64,000 nucleotides of DNA from Fimbriosthenelais zetlandica. Taxonomy: Eukaryota. Under the pieces are notes generated by a model, which was not told where the DNA came from, searched no databases, and worked only from the letters and a program-made list of their open reading frames with translations. The translations under genes and the position numbers were made by a program. The stretch is taken from the NCBI GenBank assembly GCA_977030845.1, contig OZ365113.1, positions 17,298,001-17,362,000 of the forward strand, written 5' to 3'. This document shows positions 1-13,700 of this stretch, in pieces; position 1 is the first letter of the stretch; each line of letters opens with the position of its first letter.

Positions 1-3000
1 AATGTGCTATGATGAGGGCAGCATTGTTATTTCTTCACAATAATACAATGTAGTCTCACTCAAAGCAAATTTTATGATGCAAGCGTCTGGAATCGTCTTC
101 AAGTGGCCCTGTTCGGACGATTCATTCAACATTAGCTCACATTTTGATTTGATTGCGCCGTAAAGTCGAAAAATATTTAATATTTTGAGTCAAATAATCA
201 TCATATCTCAACGTGAACATTGCCAATCAATTTCAAAGCCTGATTACAATTAGGAAAACCGGTAACAGGAAGTCCTAGATGATACTAATGTGATTGACTC
301 CAGTTTGCTGAAAACAATGGAAAATACGGCGATTGAAAACTTTTATATTATGCATTCATTAAAAGACTTCTTCGTGCACCGAGGCTGTTACATCAAGAAA
401 ATTAGTTCTTGCACAATGCCCGTTTGACATTAAGCTTATTGCGAGGCAAGTAGGAATCCATTTACTTGGTATAGACTAGCCACTACTTTCCAAAAGGTCA
501 AGGGATTGGCCTTTTAAGAGCCTGCAGAGAAAAAATGAGTATCATTTCAAGGGAAAGAAGAGAGCTGCAATAGGAGAAGACGGTGATGTTAATTATGCTG
601 CTTTACTATATGGCAGCTGTGGGACCTTCGTGACTTCAGCCTTCAGCTCTATACTGCAAGTTGTCTATCTGTATTGTACCCATTTTCCAAGAGTTGGATA
701 CTTGAAACTATATATCCAAACTTGTACAATTTGTATTGCCTTATTCAATGCTTAAAACTTTCATCAAAAATCTGCATTTGTATTGGCCTCATTCTATGCT
801 TAAAAGTCTTATCCATCGCTCTCAGTTTAGGGCATAAAATGCAAATGATATATGATTTCTTTGTATTATTTTCATGTTGCCTATAAGCATTTTGAGGATT
901 TAAAAGAGTATTTTTTGTCAACATACCAGAGTGTGAAAGGTAGTTCTCTACTTGGAAGGTCGCTGCATGGGTTAGATTACAAGATCCGAAATCTAAAACC
1001 AAACTTTTGTATGGTACAATGTGTGGTGGGACTGGGGAGTTGGTGGGATGGGGAAAAGTTCATACCATCGATGCTGAAAACTAACATTTTAGTTTGAACT
1101 CCCGCTTAAACATCTCTCCGATGTATTTGTATTCCCAGGAGGCATGGTAGTTGTTTGCTAGAAGCCAAGAAAAGAGTTATGGCTTGTATATTATGTGATT
1201 TCTCGTGGAGTAATCTACGGTATTTGCAGAACCTGGCATGCGGGCTCACATTTGAGTGCTGGCAGTGTTGCCGCTGGGACATCCAACACCAACCCAGTAG
1301 TGCATAGAGATTAGTGGCACTTGTGGAGGGCAAACAGTTCAGGAATAATCTATCACAGAGTTGTCAGTACCTTCTTTTATAACTCTCAATTATTCATTAC
1401 CAAGTCACTTTTTTGTCCCCATTTCAATAGTGCATGCAGAAAGAATCATAGACTCACCGGCATGAATAGATTTTTAAAAAGAAAAATCGACTTGTCTGTA
1501 ATCAAGAGTGATATATTACCATCAGGTTTAGATAAGTTAGAAAATCCATATTTTAATATGCCTTGTGTTCAAACAGATCACGAATTCACCCAATGGGTAT
1601 TCTCCAAGGGAATTGATCAAAGGCCTTTTAGCTGGTTGTACAAGATAATATCTTTTACTGTCAATGAGGGAAGAGAAAGAACAAGAGCTGAGTTGGCTCA
1701 GGACATGCCTTCTTTTTGGCAACACACTTCTGGTCAGTGCATGAACATTAGGACAATAGGAATCAGTGGCTGCTATAAGCAGTAACCTTTGGGTATGTAC
1801 TAAATAGGAAAGACCTGTGTAATGGGGATTACAGTTTATGTCCTACTATCCCCAAGAAATTTGATTGCTTATGAAAATCTATATTTATCTTGTAAGGCTC
1901 ATTTATTGGAATTATAGTCAATCAGTATTCTAGCTTTGAATAACCACTGACAGCCACTTGCCTTGCAACTGTGGGAAAATTGACCAGTTAGAGGCAGTCA
2001 AACTGCTCGGTTTAAGTGAGCTGGGCATGAGATACCAAGAGATGTCCTAAGTACAGGACTCTAGTTATAGGTACAAGGCCTTCTCCGTTTGGCGGCAGTC
2101 CAAGGACGTATCGAGGATGATCTATAGATGCAACATTTCCTTCACTGTAACATATATCAAACGTTAAGCGTGAGATCCACTGAAACATGGTCTAGGTGTG
2201 CCATGACGGCGGGACAGCAGGTGGTAGAATTCCATAGTAACTCTACATGTATCCATGTATTGCCACTAATGTATATAGTTACCAGATATAGTGACTGTGC
2301 TAGATTGTCTTAAAAGTTAAGCCATCATTAAGTAACCCCATGACATGTCTCATGCATTATGTGAAAATGCCATCCGATAAAACTGAAATAAAACTGAAAT
2401 ATAAAATTAATCTTTCGTTGAATTCACCAAAACGTTCCATCAAGTGGCAACAAACTAGGTAAACATGGCCATATATTTTCAAAGTGCATTTTTATGGAGT
2501 TTGACAATCCATCTTTATTTTGTTTATCGTGAGTGAAGGCATGTAAACCGGGCAGTTTTTCATCAAGCCGTCTGGCAGTTCGCCATGCACTCTCCCCATT
2601 ATTGTATACTACACTAATTCAAACCTCATGTCTCAAGGTCACATTTTTGTTCAGTTTCCCCAATTATTTCCCGGGATAAACTGACGGAGTATGCAATGTT
2701 CTTTGTCACAGGCGCCCTATTACTCACATATATTTTTATAATGAACACTGCATCCACAAAAAGGGGTATTCAGCTGGTCAACATAATACTTTCCTCAATG
2801 GGAATGCCATCTTTCCGAATCTTAGCTTTCAGTTTTTCGCAAGCTGTCAATATATAATATATAAGCTTTCAATGTCAAGCATTGACGCTTGTAGAAAAGG
2901 ATGGTAAACAGATCTGGGGCATTTTCAGGTCATCAGACAAATCCTCCCAACTCAATCTTTTGGAATCACGAAGGCCAGTACAGACCATAGGTGCCCATCC

Positions 3001-6000
3001 CTGACTGATGCCCGCCTCCATATTGAGTTAGCCCTGAGAGTAAATGGCCCGAAACATGAAGCAACTATAGGCCCGTCTTTATGGGGGGTCTGCCCTGTGC
3101 TGGAGGGGTGTATAATCCAATACCATTAAGACTGAAGGGTGCAGCTGCTCTTCCCTGAATCTCTTGCCCCATCAGAGCAGAGTTCAGGTTGCTTGTGCAG
3201 CCCACTGTGGACATTGTTAAAACGTAAAGCAATGACAGACAGACGGATGTTACCAAGTGGGAAAGACTGTGCACCCCAACAACATATCTCTCTTGGCTAG
3301 ACTATCAAAAAGTTGTGTCGAATTATATTGCACTGTTATGGTCATGATTGTGTCTCGCTAACAGTGATCTATATCATCCTGTCTGAGGTTATTTGATCTT
3401 CCTGTCTGTTCAGGTTATATTTTTTCACTTTTTATACATCAAATACTGGGAAATATAAGATGCTCAGCTGACACTTTAGAATAAAACATGTGTTCATGCA
3501 TAATACCACATGAAATATTTCCCGTAAATTAAATATCCTCCATCATTTATTTCACACAGGTGTAAAAACTTGAGGAAAAATGTAAAGACCTTTTTGTCAT
3601 TAACTGTCACAAATGGATCAGTGATTATGTTACATTCATCGGGCTGCATGCAACATGGCTACTTTCCTGCACATGTGAATGCTTCTGCGTGATGATTCAA
3701 CACCCAGGTAAACTCAAATGCCTGTATGACTTACATTTTTAAACAGAGAAAATGAAAATATATGGGTTGGCATATGAATAGGTACATTACGTGATAGCCA
3801 GGACTATAAGATGGATGCATACTGATAGAGTTTACCTCATGCACCTGGTAGGAATATCATGATAGACAACAGGTCTTGCTGATATCAGAAGCATATTGCC
3901 AACACAGTACACTATTTATGATTATATAATAAGGAAAACATCACGAAAATTCATTATATTATTTATCCTGCTATTCATCCGATTAAAGTTATGTTACAAT
4001 ATTGGACATTTATTGCTCTTCACAGCCTGTCTTGAATATGTCGTTGTAGTTCATATGTCTCACTTTAAACAGACAGATCTTTCCCAAGGGACATGACCTT
4101 TCCATATTTTACATTTACCATCAAAGAAACTGAATGCACCACACAACTGCACCTCTTTGGGACCCTTCAAACCCTGAAATTCCAATATGCACTTTTTGTT
4201 CCAACTAATCTTTAGCGAGAGTGGACATTTGAGAGGCTGCCACACTATTTATACATCAAATATAAAGCAATTTAATCAGGTGAATAGCTGGTAAACTATT
4301 TGAAACAGATTTAATTGGGGGTAGGCCTAATAAATGTTGATTGACCAGGAGATGTTTTTGTGACGTCAACAACTACTATTGATGAGTCATCCGCCACAAT
4401 TTCTGGAGGTGTCCAAAAGGGAAAGCCCAGTAACATAGTTCCTTCCAGATCCTAGCCTCCTAATATTTTCAGCACATTTCTCCGAGTTCAGATGGACAAA
4501 AAACCAGTATGGTTAATGGGGCTCCACATTGCATTGCAGCCATGGTCCGAAACATAATTAGGAGATAGCTCTGCTTCAATCACCCAAGGCATGTTGCGCT
4601 GAGAAGGAGAGTGAGGGATTGAGAGGGGAATGTCTAGACATCATTATGTATATAATGCACCAGCTCAGGTGCGTGATGGGTGTTTTTGCCACTAAGTAGC
4701 CTCTCTTATATTATATTATATGCATTCCGCCTCCTTCAGGAATTAAAACCTATCCACTATGACACTGGTGTGTTATGCCAATGGCAGATCCTGCAGGAAA
4801 GTGTGCATTTCCGAGGACACTAAGATCAAGGCACCTTTGATCTTATACGAATATAAATATATACGTACGGATATGTTCGTTCCAAAGAGTGGTGTCTGAA
4901 CCCAAACATCTCTACAATAACCTGAGGCAACAGGAGCAAGAGCTGCTCGCACCATGTATCATCAGGGCTATTTATAGCCTCCTCTGCTGAGAGAGTGTCT
5001 CTCCCAAGCACCCAGGTGAACTGGTGTCGGCGACCATTTCAAAGCATTGCCACCGGGTGCACCAAAAGACATCCTCTCTGATCATTCACGATGCTCACTC
5101 TCACCCGTGCTCTCCCACTGCTTTCCCCATCACTGTCTATTCTTTACCATTCTCTCCCTCTCAGATTCCAATATGTTTGTGAATACTTGGAGGGAGCAAC
5201 ACAATGCTTTTAGATCGACAGTCAGGTTGAATCCAGGTGAAATAGGGACTGTTTAAATCCTAAAATAAAATACCTGCATCAGCAATAATGAGGGAATGAT
5301 ACAATATTTTCGGTATCGCTTCGGGAAATTTTAGTTTATAAGTAAATTTTTACTCCAAAAGACCTTTGAATCCATGAAGGACAAACTTTGCACATTAACA
5401 TGTGTTGACCTTCTATTTGACTGCACTGATATTAGATGATATTGATTGAAGTATCCATACAGTCAGACTTGAGTCAATTTGCCCAAATCAGTGTCATTGT
5501 TGTAGGACTATATGTATGTTTAGCCTTGCATTGATTTCCCACCTAGCAAGTGTGTGACAGTATGCCAAGGGAATTCTGCCCGTGGTTCAATCTGCTCTTG
5601 CCTGAGCAGCTCTTGCCTTAGTCCTCTTAACTCACATTTGCAGGTGACTCCAGGTCAAGGTTACATAAGTCTCTATTTATCAATGACTACGGTGGATGTG
5701 TCCTATAAAAACTATAAACTATGCATGAGTAGCCTACATGAACAGGCCTCTTCTTTGCTCTTAATTGAGATTAATAAGATTACATTTTGGGGTTTGGTGT
5801 TAAATACAATGTCACTGGCTTCAGACACACCTAGAGCTTTAATCTCTGTAGGTTCTCAAATCATTTTCAAAACAGTGTAATAATTTTCTTTGATTTGCAC
5901 TGTTTGCAAAATTGAGTTGACATCACAGCTTATGACGTTGTCCATATGGACCTGTACTTTCATGACAGACCATTTTGGTTTCCTATATGCTATCTATAAT

Positions 6001-6198
6001 TTTAAGGCCAAGGTGTATAAAATGGGGGCAGGCAATAAGTAGAACGTCTCGATAAAATAGTCCTAACCAGAGGAATGCATCTTTAATGACGCTCTTGACA
6101 CGAATTAACATTCATGCCTGGCAGTATGAGTCGCCATGATGGCCAAATGATTTATATGCCATGTAGGTATTGACACAAGTTTCTGTGGGAAAGGTAGT

Positions 6199-6345
6199 GG
6201 ATCTGGATGTGGTGGTGGTGGTGCTGCTGCCTCTCAATTCAGTGGTGGTGGGAGGTGGTGGAGGAAGGCCCCTGGTCGCACCACATAGACGCCACCACTG
6301 CATTGACGTCACAGTATCTCCAGCACCACTGTGGTGGTGGTGTTC
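6199..6345. repeat. Low-complexity GTG/CAC-rich tract
   Basis: (GTG)n runs interleaved with CACCAC; this accounts for the overlapping Val-, Trp- and Thr-rich ORFs in several frames. Confidence 0.7.
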
Positions 6346-7103
6346 TGTATAAGCATCCCCCACGTTGCCTTGACACCAGCATCATGGGACTTAAGCAGGG
6401 GACCCATCGTCATCATCTGCACCCACCTTTGGTGCAGTGGTGCCTTGCAAAATGCAGCCATCAAATGCAATGCATTCTCTCCTATACCCATAGCGTCATC
6501 ATCTCCTGCTTATCAGGAGTGGGGAAATCAAATTACCCACACAACTCTTACATCATCAAGATAACTGAGGGCTAAGAGATAGGCTGGAGATCAATCCAGG
6601 GTCCTTGATATTGGATTAAGGTGTTATGCCCTCCTTTCCTTCACGATATGTATCTTTGTTCATATATGCAGCCAGTATTGCATTTGCCCCCATTCAGACC
6701 ATCTTAGATCCATGTCCTCCTAGAAATGTTCCAGTAAAGCAGGGTCATTCCTAATGCAATGATTAGTAAAATAGAGGTCAATTTACCTTTTAATACATAC
6801 TGGCATTCAGGACAAATATGCATGTTTCATATCTTAACGCCATGCCTATTTCCCACATAAGTGTGGAGATATTTTATTCAGGTATAGGCATCAAGGTAGA
6901 TTTTATGAGACCTGCGACATAAATTTTGATTTAATTCCACGTTGCCAGGGGAGTCTTATATTCCAGCTGTCTGCCCCAGCAAAACTAAGCAGATAGAAGC
7001 AGCTGCATGATATTAGAGGTCAGTAGAAATAATCCCCACTGAACGAAGATGGGTGATGATCATAGACGACTTAGTAAACAGTCAACTTGATGGCGCTGTC
7101 AAA

Positions 7104-7383
7104 TGACGTGCGACTATGACTAGAACAAGAAGGATGACGTGCCATACTCATTTTCCTTCCTTCCTCTGGCCATGTCTCTGCTTCCCTAGCGTGCTATGAG
7201 GGAACAAATAGACAACATCAAGCATTAAGAAAGGCCTCTTGTGAAGCGTTTCATGGCCCGTCCTTCCAACAAGCCCTAAGTGGCGTCAGTGTTGCGGGTT
7301 TAGGTGTATGTACTTGGGACGGCGTCATAATCAGTTACGCCATTGATATATAATGTAGATCAATGACGTATAGTTGTGAGTCA
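7104..7383. promoter_or_regulatory. CRE/AP-1 motif cluster (candidate enhancer or alternative promoter)
   Basis: TGACG or CGTCA at 7104, 7135, 7284, 7323 and 7364; TGAGTCA at 7377. Confidence 0.35.
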
Positions 7384-7717
7384 TGTGAATAGTGGGGTTA
7401 TGGGTGAATGATAAATACTGGTGGTCAAGATTAGTGTGGAGGTCAATGTTTGGTCCATTGCCATCACATTACTCATCAATCATCCTTCAGTCTGTGTACA
7501 CTGGCTTATAATATGGTAGGTGTGATGATGGACTTGATTATCATCAGTATATGCCAGGTATTATCTTTGATCTGATTTCAATGACAATATTTGTGTTGGG
7601 AAATTAATTTGTACCTTCGGCTAGAGTTCACCTGCTGCTTATTAATACGGTGGATTTTGTTCCTCCGTCATATCTGTATACTGTATTTCTCAGCTTGTTA
7701 TTCTGTATAATTAATAG

Positions 7718-7742
7718 TTTTTCTTTTCCATTGTAGGTAAGT
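7718..7742 (+). other. Candidate recursive splice site (ratchet point): tttttcttttccattgtAG|GTAAGT
   Basis: Polypyrimidine tract plus TAG (AG at 7735-7736) directly followed by a perfect donor GTAAGT (7737-7742), on the sense strand of a >33 kb intron. Branch-like ttaat at 7711-7715. Confidence 0.65.
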
Positions 7743-10700
7743 TTTCTATGGTTGAGCTTGGAGGTTTGTAAGTAAACTTTACATTTATCATCTGGACTGA
7801 AGGTAGATATAAGGTATTATGAGAGACGAGGCATAAACAAGTCCACACTCACTACCTTTCCCTATTACTATGACCCCCAACTGCAAGAGTGAGTAAATAT
7901 AATTGCGAAACTCACTATAGATATTAGGTTAAGTTATTGTTCCTGATGCAGAAATAAACAGGTCTCGTAAAATCCGTCGGGTTTCAGTCAAAATAATAAT
8001 ATACAATTGATGAAGAAAAGAATCCGGTTTAATTCATTAGAAAATATACGTTTATGCTATAATGAAACAGGGATATTTTTCTTTAATGCTTTCTCGAACA
8101 AATCAGTATCGCCTGTTGAAAACATGGCCAACAGAGGGGAGTCATTGTACAAGTATTTATGTAAGGAGGAAATTACTTGGGAATTTCTGTTACTGCAGTT
8201 TGAAAAACTGCCTCCTCTCTGCTAGCTGCCCAGTCGAACCCTCACAAATACCAACTTTGACAGTGGCTGACACAACCAAGTATAAACATTGCAATAGATC
8301 AAAGTGGGCGTTTAGAGGGCCCTTAGCCCAAGCTGCAGGTCCCAAAGGGGTCCCGCCCATACATTTCTATATTACTTTCTGTCAGAAGCCGACTGTGCAC
8401 ATTGGATTGAGTGCAACGTAGCAAGCAGTGCAGTAATTGTTCAGGTCCGGCCACGGCCATTGCTCTTTGGATTTTTAGGTGATTTGATAGCAACAAGGGA
8501 CAGGGAAAGAAAACACAATGGATCGACTCGTGCTTTGATTTAAAATCCTTCTAGTATATTGTCAGAGAATCAAAGCAAGATTTATCCGCTTTCAAACAAA
8601 TCTATCTCTCTATATAAAAAAACATAGCTAAAGACTTTAATTTTGATCGTGATTTCTATTCGTGAACTAGCCAACAAAAGTTTTGGACAAATCACAAGAA
8701 AATCACCTTAAATCTGTTCTCCTAAAAGGTCGAGGCTAAATCTTTGTAGGTTTGGCCTTAGTTCTCCAAGACAAATTGGTTACTACTTCACTTTCAGAAA
8801 TATTTTATTTCTTCCCAAAAGAGCAGTCCATGACTGCTCCCATGGATTAGAAATTGCCAAATGAATGCATTATGAACTAATTGTCATAGATATGATGAGA
8901 AAATCACCATAAACACACAACACAGTATCCTGATCCGACATACTTGATCGCCGTATGTTGATAGAAATTCCACATCCGAGTCTCCCTTTGAACAAAGTGG
9001 AGAGGGCTGATTCAATTTAATGATCTAAATGACTGAAAAAGACCATGTCATCCATACCTCACAAGCCCTATCTCCCTTCAACTGCCTTTTCAAGCACTGT
9101 CCCTCCAATGACACTTTGAATTTGTTCAGCATCAATTGAATTACTAGCTCAGAAACAGGCTGGCAGTCTGAGCTGCTATGCTTCTCTATATTGTATGATA
9201 GATTTCACTGCGAGTACATGGGAATCAGTGGGCTGAGTTGATTAGTGTGTCTATAGGGAGCAGCTCATTGCAGGCATGTCAATAGTCGCCATATCTTCTC
9301 CACCCTTATGTCAATCTAAGGCGCTCTTCACAAGCAAGCAGTTATCTTTGATGCTAATGGCTTGATGGTAGCGGTCCTATCGCCTGTCTGCTTAATCAAA
9401 TCTAAGCCTTGCGCCCGCACCCATTTGAAATAGCATTGTTGGTGGATGAAGAGGCAAAGTTGCAGCGGCTCTACCAATATGTCGGTCCATTTCCATGAAG
9501 GATCTGTGAATTATTCATTCTGCCTCTATCAAGACAGATATCTTGTTTAAAGTAGTGCAGTCAGATATGATATTTATCAACGATTCCTCTGGTTATATTT
9601 CATCACTGTCAACACATTCTATTCTTGTCAATGCTGAATAAAAACAGAGACTTGGAAAATTGAATGCGGATTGCACAAGCAGATGGGTATATAAAGTTGG
9701 GCAGACTGGCAAAAACTCTGATATGCCATAGTTCCTGTGTATTTTATGGAAAACTTTTTTTTAACTCAGGACTATGTCCAATTTTCGGCTGTATCTGGTC
9801 TGCCGAAATCTGATGGCATGGGGGGAATGGTTATAGGAAATGGATTGCCTGATCATATCGGACACGTAAATGTTTGCTTATTCATATTGCTCAATGTGCT
9901 TGGCCATCAAAGGTTACACGAGGCCTATACATACCAGATTTCTCTTGGGTTGACAAAAATGCCTACCAAGAATGCATGTTTTGTCTCGTTCTTATTTTCA
10001 TAACAAGATTATAAAGCATAAAATCATGAAATCCTTTTGACAGTAATTTCGAGAGGAATCCATCCTTTTGTCCCCATAAAATCTCATTAGGGGTGTTTTA
10101 AACGTCAGTGTTTTGGGGAGGGTTGGTCCATGATCAAGCTGCTTGGGACATCTTCCGGCAGTCATGTTACACCTTGCAACAACAGAATTTATCAATTATT
10201 ATCTTATTCGGGATATGCCCTCACATCATCAGTCATTTACCACATCTTGTCTGCGCCAAAAGTGAACAGTCGTCACTCAATAAGAACAGAACCTGCTTTA
10301 TCATTCTTGCTTATTCATCTCTAACTTAAATCTTCACCATAAAGCCTACTTTAGACCCGCTCCACGTAAAGCCAAGCGGAGTAAGAGTTCCACTCCGACA
10401 GTTGTGAGGCGAGGGTAACAAGTTTATAGGGGTGCCATGTGTAAATTATTTATCATTTTACACCCTAACTTGCATGGCTTCCTACTGTAAAAGTGTTGTT
10501 CCTATTGGTTCTGTCATTCCGCGTTTGGCAATGTTAACCATGTAAATGGCAATTCCAGGGCAAGGCCTGATGCAAATGAAATGTAAAGTCATGTCAATAC
10601 TGCCATCACCTACTTGTGGTAATGACTGACTGGCCAGGCCATCCCAAGTCTCTCCGTCCAGTCAAGACCATTTCCCAAATGATTATGTGAAAGGGCAGCG

Positions 10701-13700
10701 CTTTACGACACCCTTGAGGTTATGACTGTGCCTATGGACAATTGGTAACAAATGACGCTTTTTGTAACTGCCAATGCATGTGGGTATATGGGTTCCTTTT
10801 AAGCACTAAATTATAAGCACTGTACTAATATAGTTGTCAGCTGTAAATTATATATATAACCCATACAACTCAATGTCAATGTAAATAGTTTCCTCCTAAA
10901 ATAGAAGTGCTGTTTAAAATTAATTGCACGTTGGAGATTTTATGATGTTAGAGATGGAAATGTTTCTATTATTGCATCTATGAATTCAGGGCCCGCCTCG
11001 CTCACAGATTAACGCATTTTCCACTTAAATTCCAATCGCCACTATCCATTTAGTCCACCATCCTTCCCCGGAATCAGGTCCCAACATGAAGCGATGCGGG
11101 CAGAACGTCTTTAACAGTATTGACAAGGCCTTCCCCCTCGCTAAGAGCCTTATAGAAGGAATTACAAGCATCGATTTGCCAAAAGTAGATGTAAAATATC
11201 AAGCAACCCAATTCCACGAAGCTGAAGAGGAGATTAGAAAGATGCATTGATCAATGGGAAATAAGAGGGGCATCCATTCTGCAGATTGGCGACAGAATCT
11301 GCTCATGTGTAAACCAATAGGCATTGCATGAGGATATTAAGCCAATTACAAAGGACATGAGAAACTCTCAATTTTTTAGCTAGACTCTAGAGCACCCCCT
11401 CCCCACCCCATTTCACCGCTATAAAATATCCGAATCCCTACGGGATCTATTAAGTACCAGGGGAAGCCGTATATACGTGGAGTGCATTCCATCGCTGTCA
11501 TTCCTTCTACAAGTTTAATGTTGCCTCTGTTATAAACTCCGATAAATGCGTATGTATGAGAGGGAAAGCCGCCATCTTTATAATGCATGGGCTAAAATAA
11601 TGGCTGCCGTGGGGAATATTATACAGGTCTTTGGATGTTTTTCCCAACACATTATCTTGATTGTATACAGTATAAGCTTAAGGGTTGGACTTGATTCCTA
11701 GAATCATATAACTGAAGATAGACACGGAAGGGTATGATATCGATTCTTCATAATGACATTGCCAGAACTTTTGTATTGGTCCTCTATATTGGACCGAGAC
11801 CATCAATACTAGATAAGACCTTCTGAAAGTACCATCTACAAAAGATAATCGTTAAGTTGTTAATAAGCTCGTGGCATACGAATTATGGACTACTCATGGA
11901 CCTTGCAATGCATTTTATATGAAAAGCTGTGATTTGTATTGTTTTCCCCGCAAGACTGAGGATAAAGAATTCATACTGGGCGATGGTCATAGTCAAGTGA
12001 CATAATGCCTTGTGGTGACCTGCCGTGCTGTCAACTGTTTATCTTGATAAACAGAGAGCCATCAAGCTATACATTTCATTCTTCCCAAACATGTATCTCT
12101 CTCATAAGCAATGCTCTGGAAATAACCTCTGGTGCTCCGGCCTCGTATCATCCGCAACAGATGGAGGCAGACTGTGTGGCTATGAGGTCCCTGTCAGAGC
12201 AAAAATCAGTCAAAACTCCAACAGTTGTATATCAAGTTTAAAGCATTCTTGACAAAAAATGCCACCTCTAAGCAGTGGACCCTGCAGTGACTTAACATCT
12301 GGCGGGGAATTATAACCATATTGTTGCAAAGAATAACTATCATCTTTTGTTACATATCCACCAAAGCCATGGCTAAGTCTATTAACCTCTCAGTTACAAG
12401 CAGTGCTTCCAACAGCTGCCTCCAACTTCAATCTCAAATTCAATTATCTCTCACATTGGCAAAACAAATCTTTTAAAACTAAAATTGATATGTGTGAAGT
12501 ACCTTTACAATTGTACTTTCCATTGCAACTTAAAAACCAGTTGCATATGAGGAATAGTATTTCTATAGTGAGGAAAAAGTGATGGGGATGCTTTGCACCA
12601 TGGCGATGGTGACAACCACTGCTTGAGGAACAATACTAATTATTAAGCTGATGAGAGGAAGGCTTTCGACCTAATGGTATGGCCGACATGATGGATGGTC
12701 CAAAGACATGGAGAATCACCCTCCTGGGTCATGGCAATGCTCTGATGGACCATCTCCATTGATGTATGTCTACAAATATATGTCTACAAATAAGAAACTG
12801 CAGAAAATGCAGGTAATAAAATTGCTTTTGTATTGGCAAAATACTGGAGATATATTCCAGATATTTTTCATATATTTTAATGGACTTTAGTCTTCTCTTG
12901 TGGATTTTAAAGTCCAATCTGTGTGCAGATGAGTCACCATAATAATTATTACTCGTAGGCAGACACCTACTGCTCGAAGAGAAAGATCCCAAAATAAACA
13001 TGGTGTAACTTATTATCTTACTGTTTCAAAGACCAGGTAAAAAAGCCTGGCAGAGAGCAGTCATTTTATCACCCAAGTTTTCATCATCCGGGGGACTCCT
13101 TTTATACTCACTACCGGGTTCAAATTTCTTAATTTCTTCGCAGTGACAGCCATGCTTCAAAAATGACCCCAAGTCCTGCAAGTGACCCATTTGATGTGAG
13201 GGTTTCAGGTTAATGAAACTCCAGATCAGTTGCAACCTGACCTCCCTCTTGTTTGGAAAAGTGAACTCGTCCTTTGATGAGTGACAAAGGAAGAGGACAT
13301 TTCTTGGTCACGTGACTATGAGGTCCAGATCAGAGAAAAAGTTGGGTTGAAACTTGATCAGGCGGATCAAGACCTCAGGTGGAAAATGTTAGGCAAAAAC
13401 AATTAAAACCAGTCCCATGTTCATTATTGAACAAACATTTTAGTTTTTACCAAAAATTTCCAGGTTTTTCTTCCACTTGATAGAACATTCACCGAGGTTG
13501 CCTTGGAGATGTTGTCAGGCATAACATGTCCTGTTATGTTCTACTCACCAATAAAAGATGACCACATTGAGGAGCTTAAGCAGCTACAAGGGGAACACAG
13601 GTGGCCAACCTATGCCCATATCCATCCTGGTCTTAAACCCAGCATTCGCTTGTGTATATTATTGGCTGTCAGTCTTTTCCTGCTTGTCAGGCTTGTCACA

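Noticed and set aside
1321-1785. Longest ORF in the track (154 aa, GTG start)
   Set aside because: No recognisable domain, non-ATG start in a eukaryote, no splice context; compatible with chance in 64 kb.
6112-6575. Overlapping Val-, Trp- and Thr-rich ORFs on both strands
   Set aside because: Produced by GTG/CAC low-complexity sequence that lacks stop codons.
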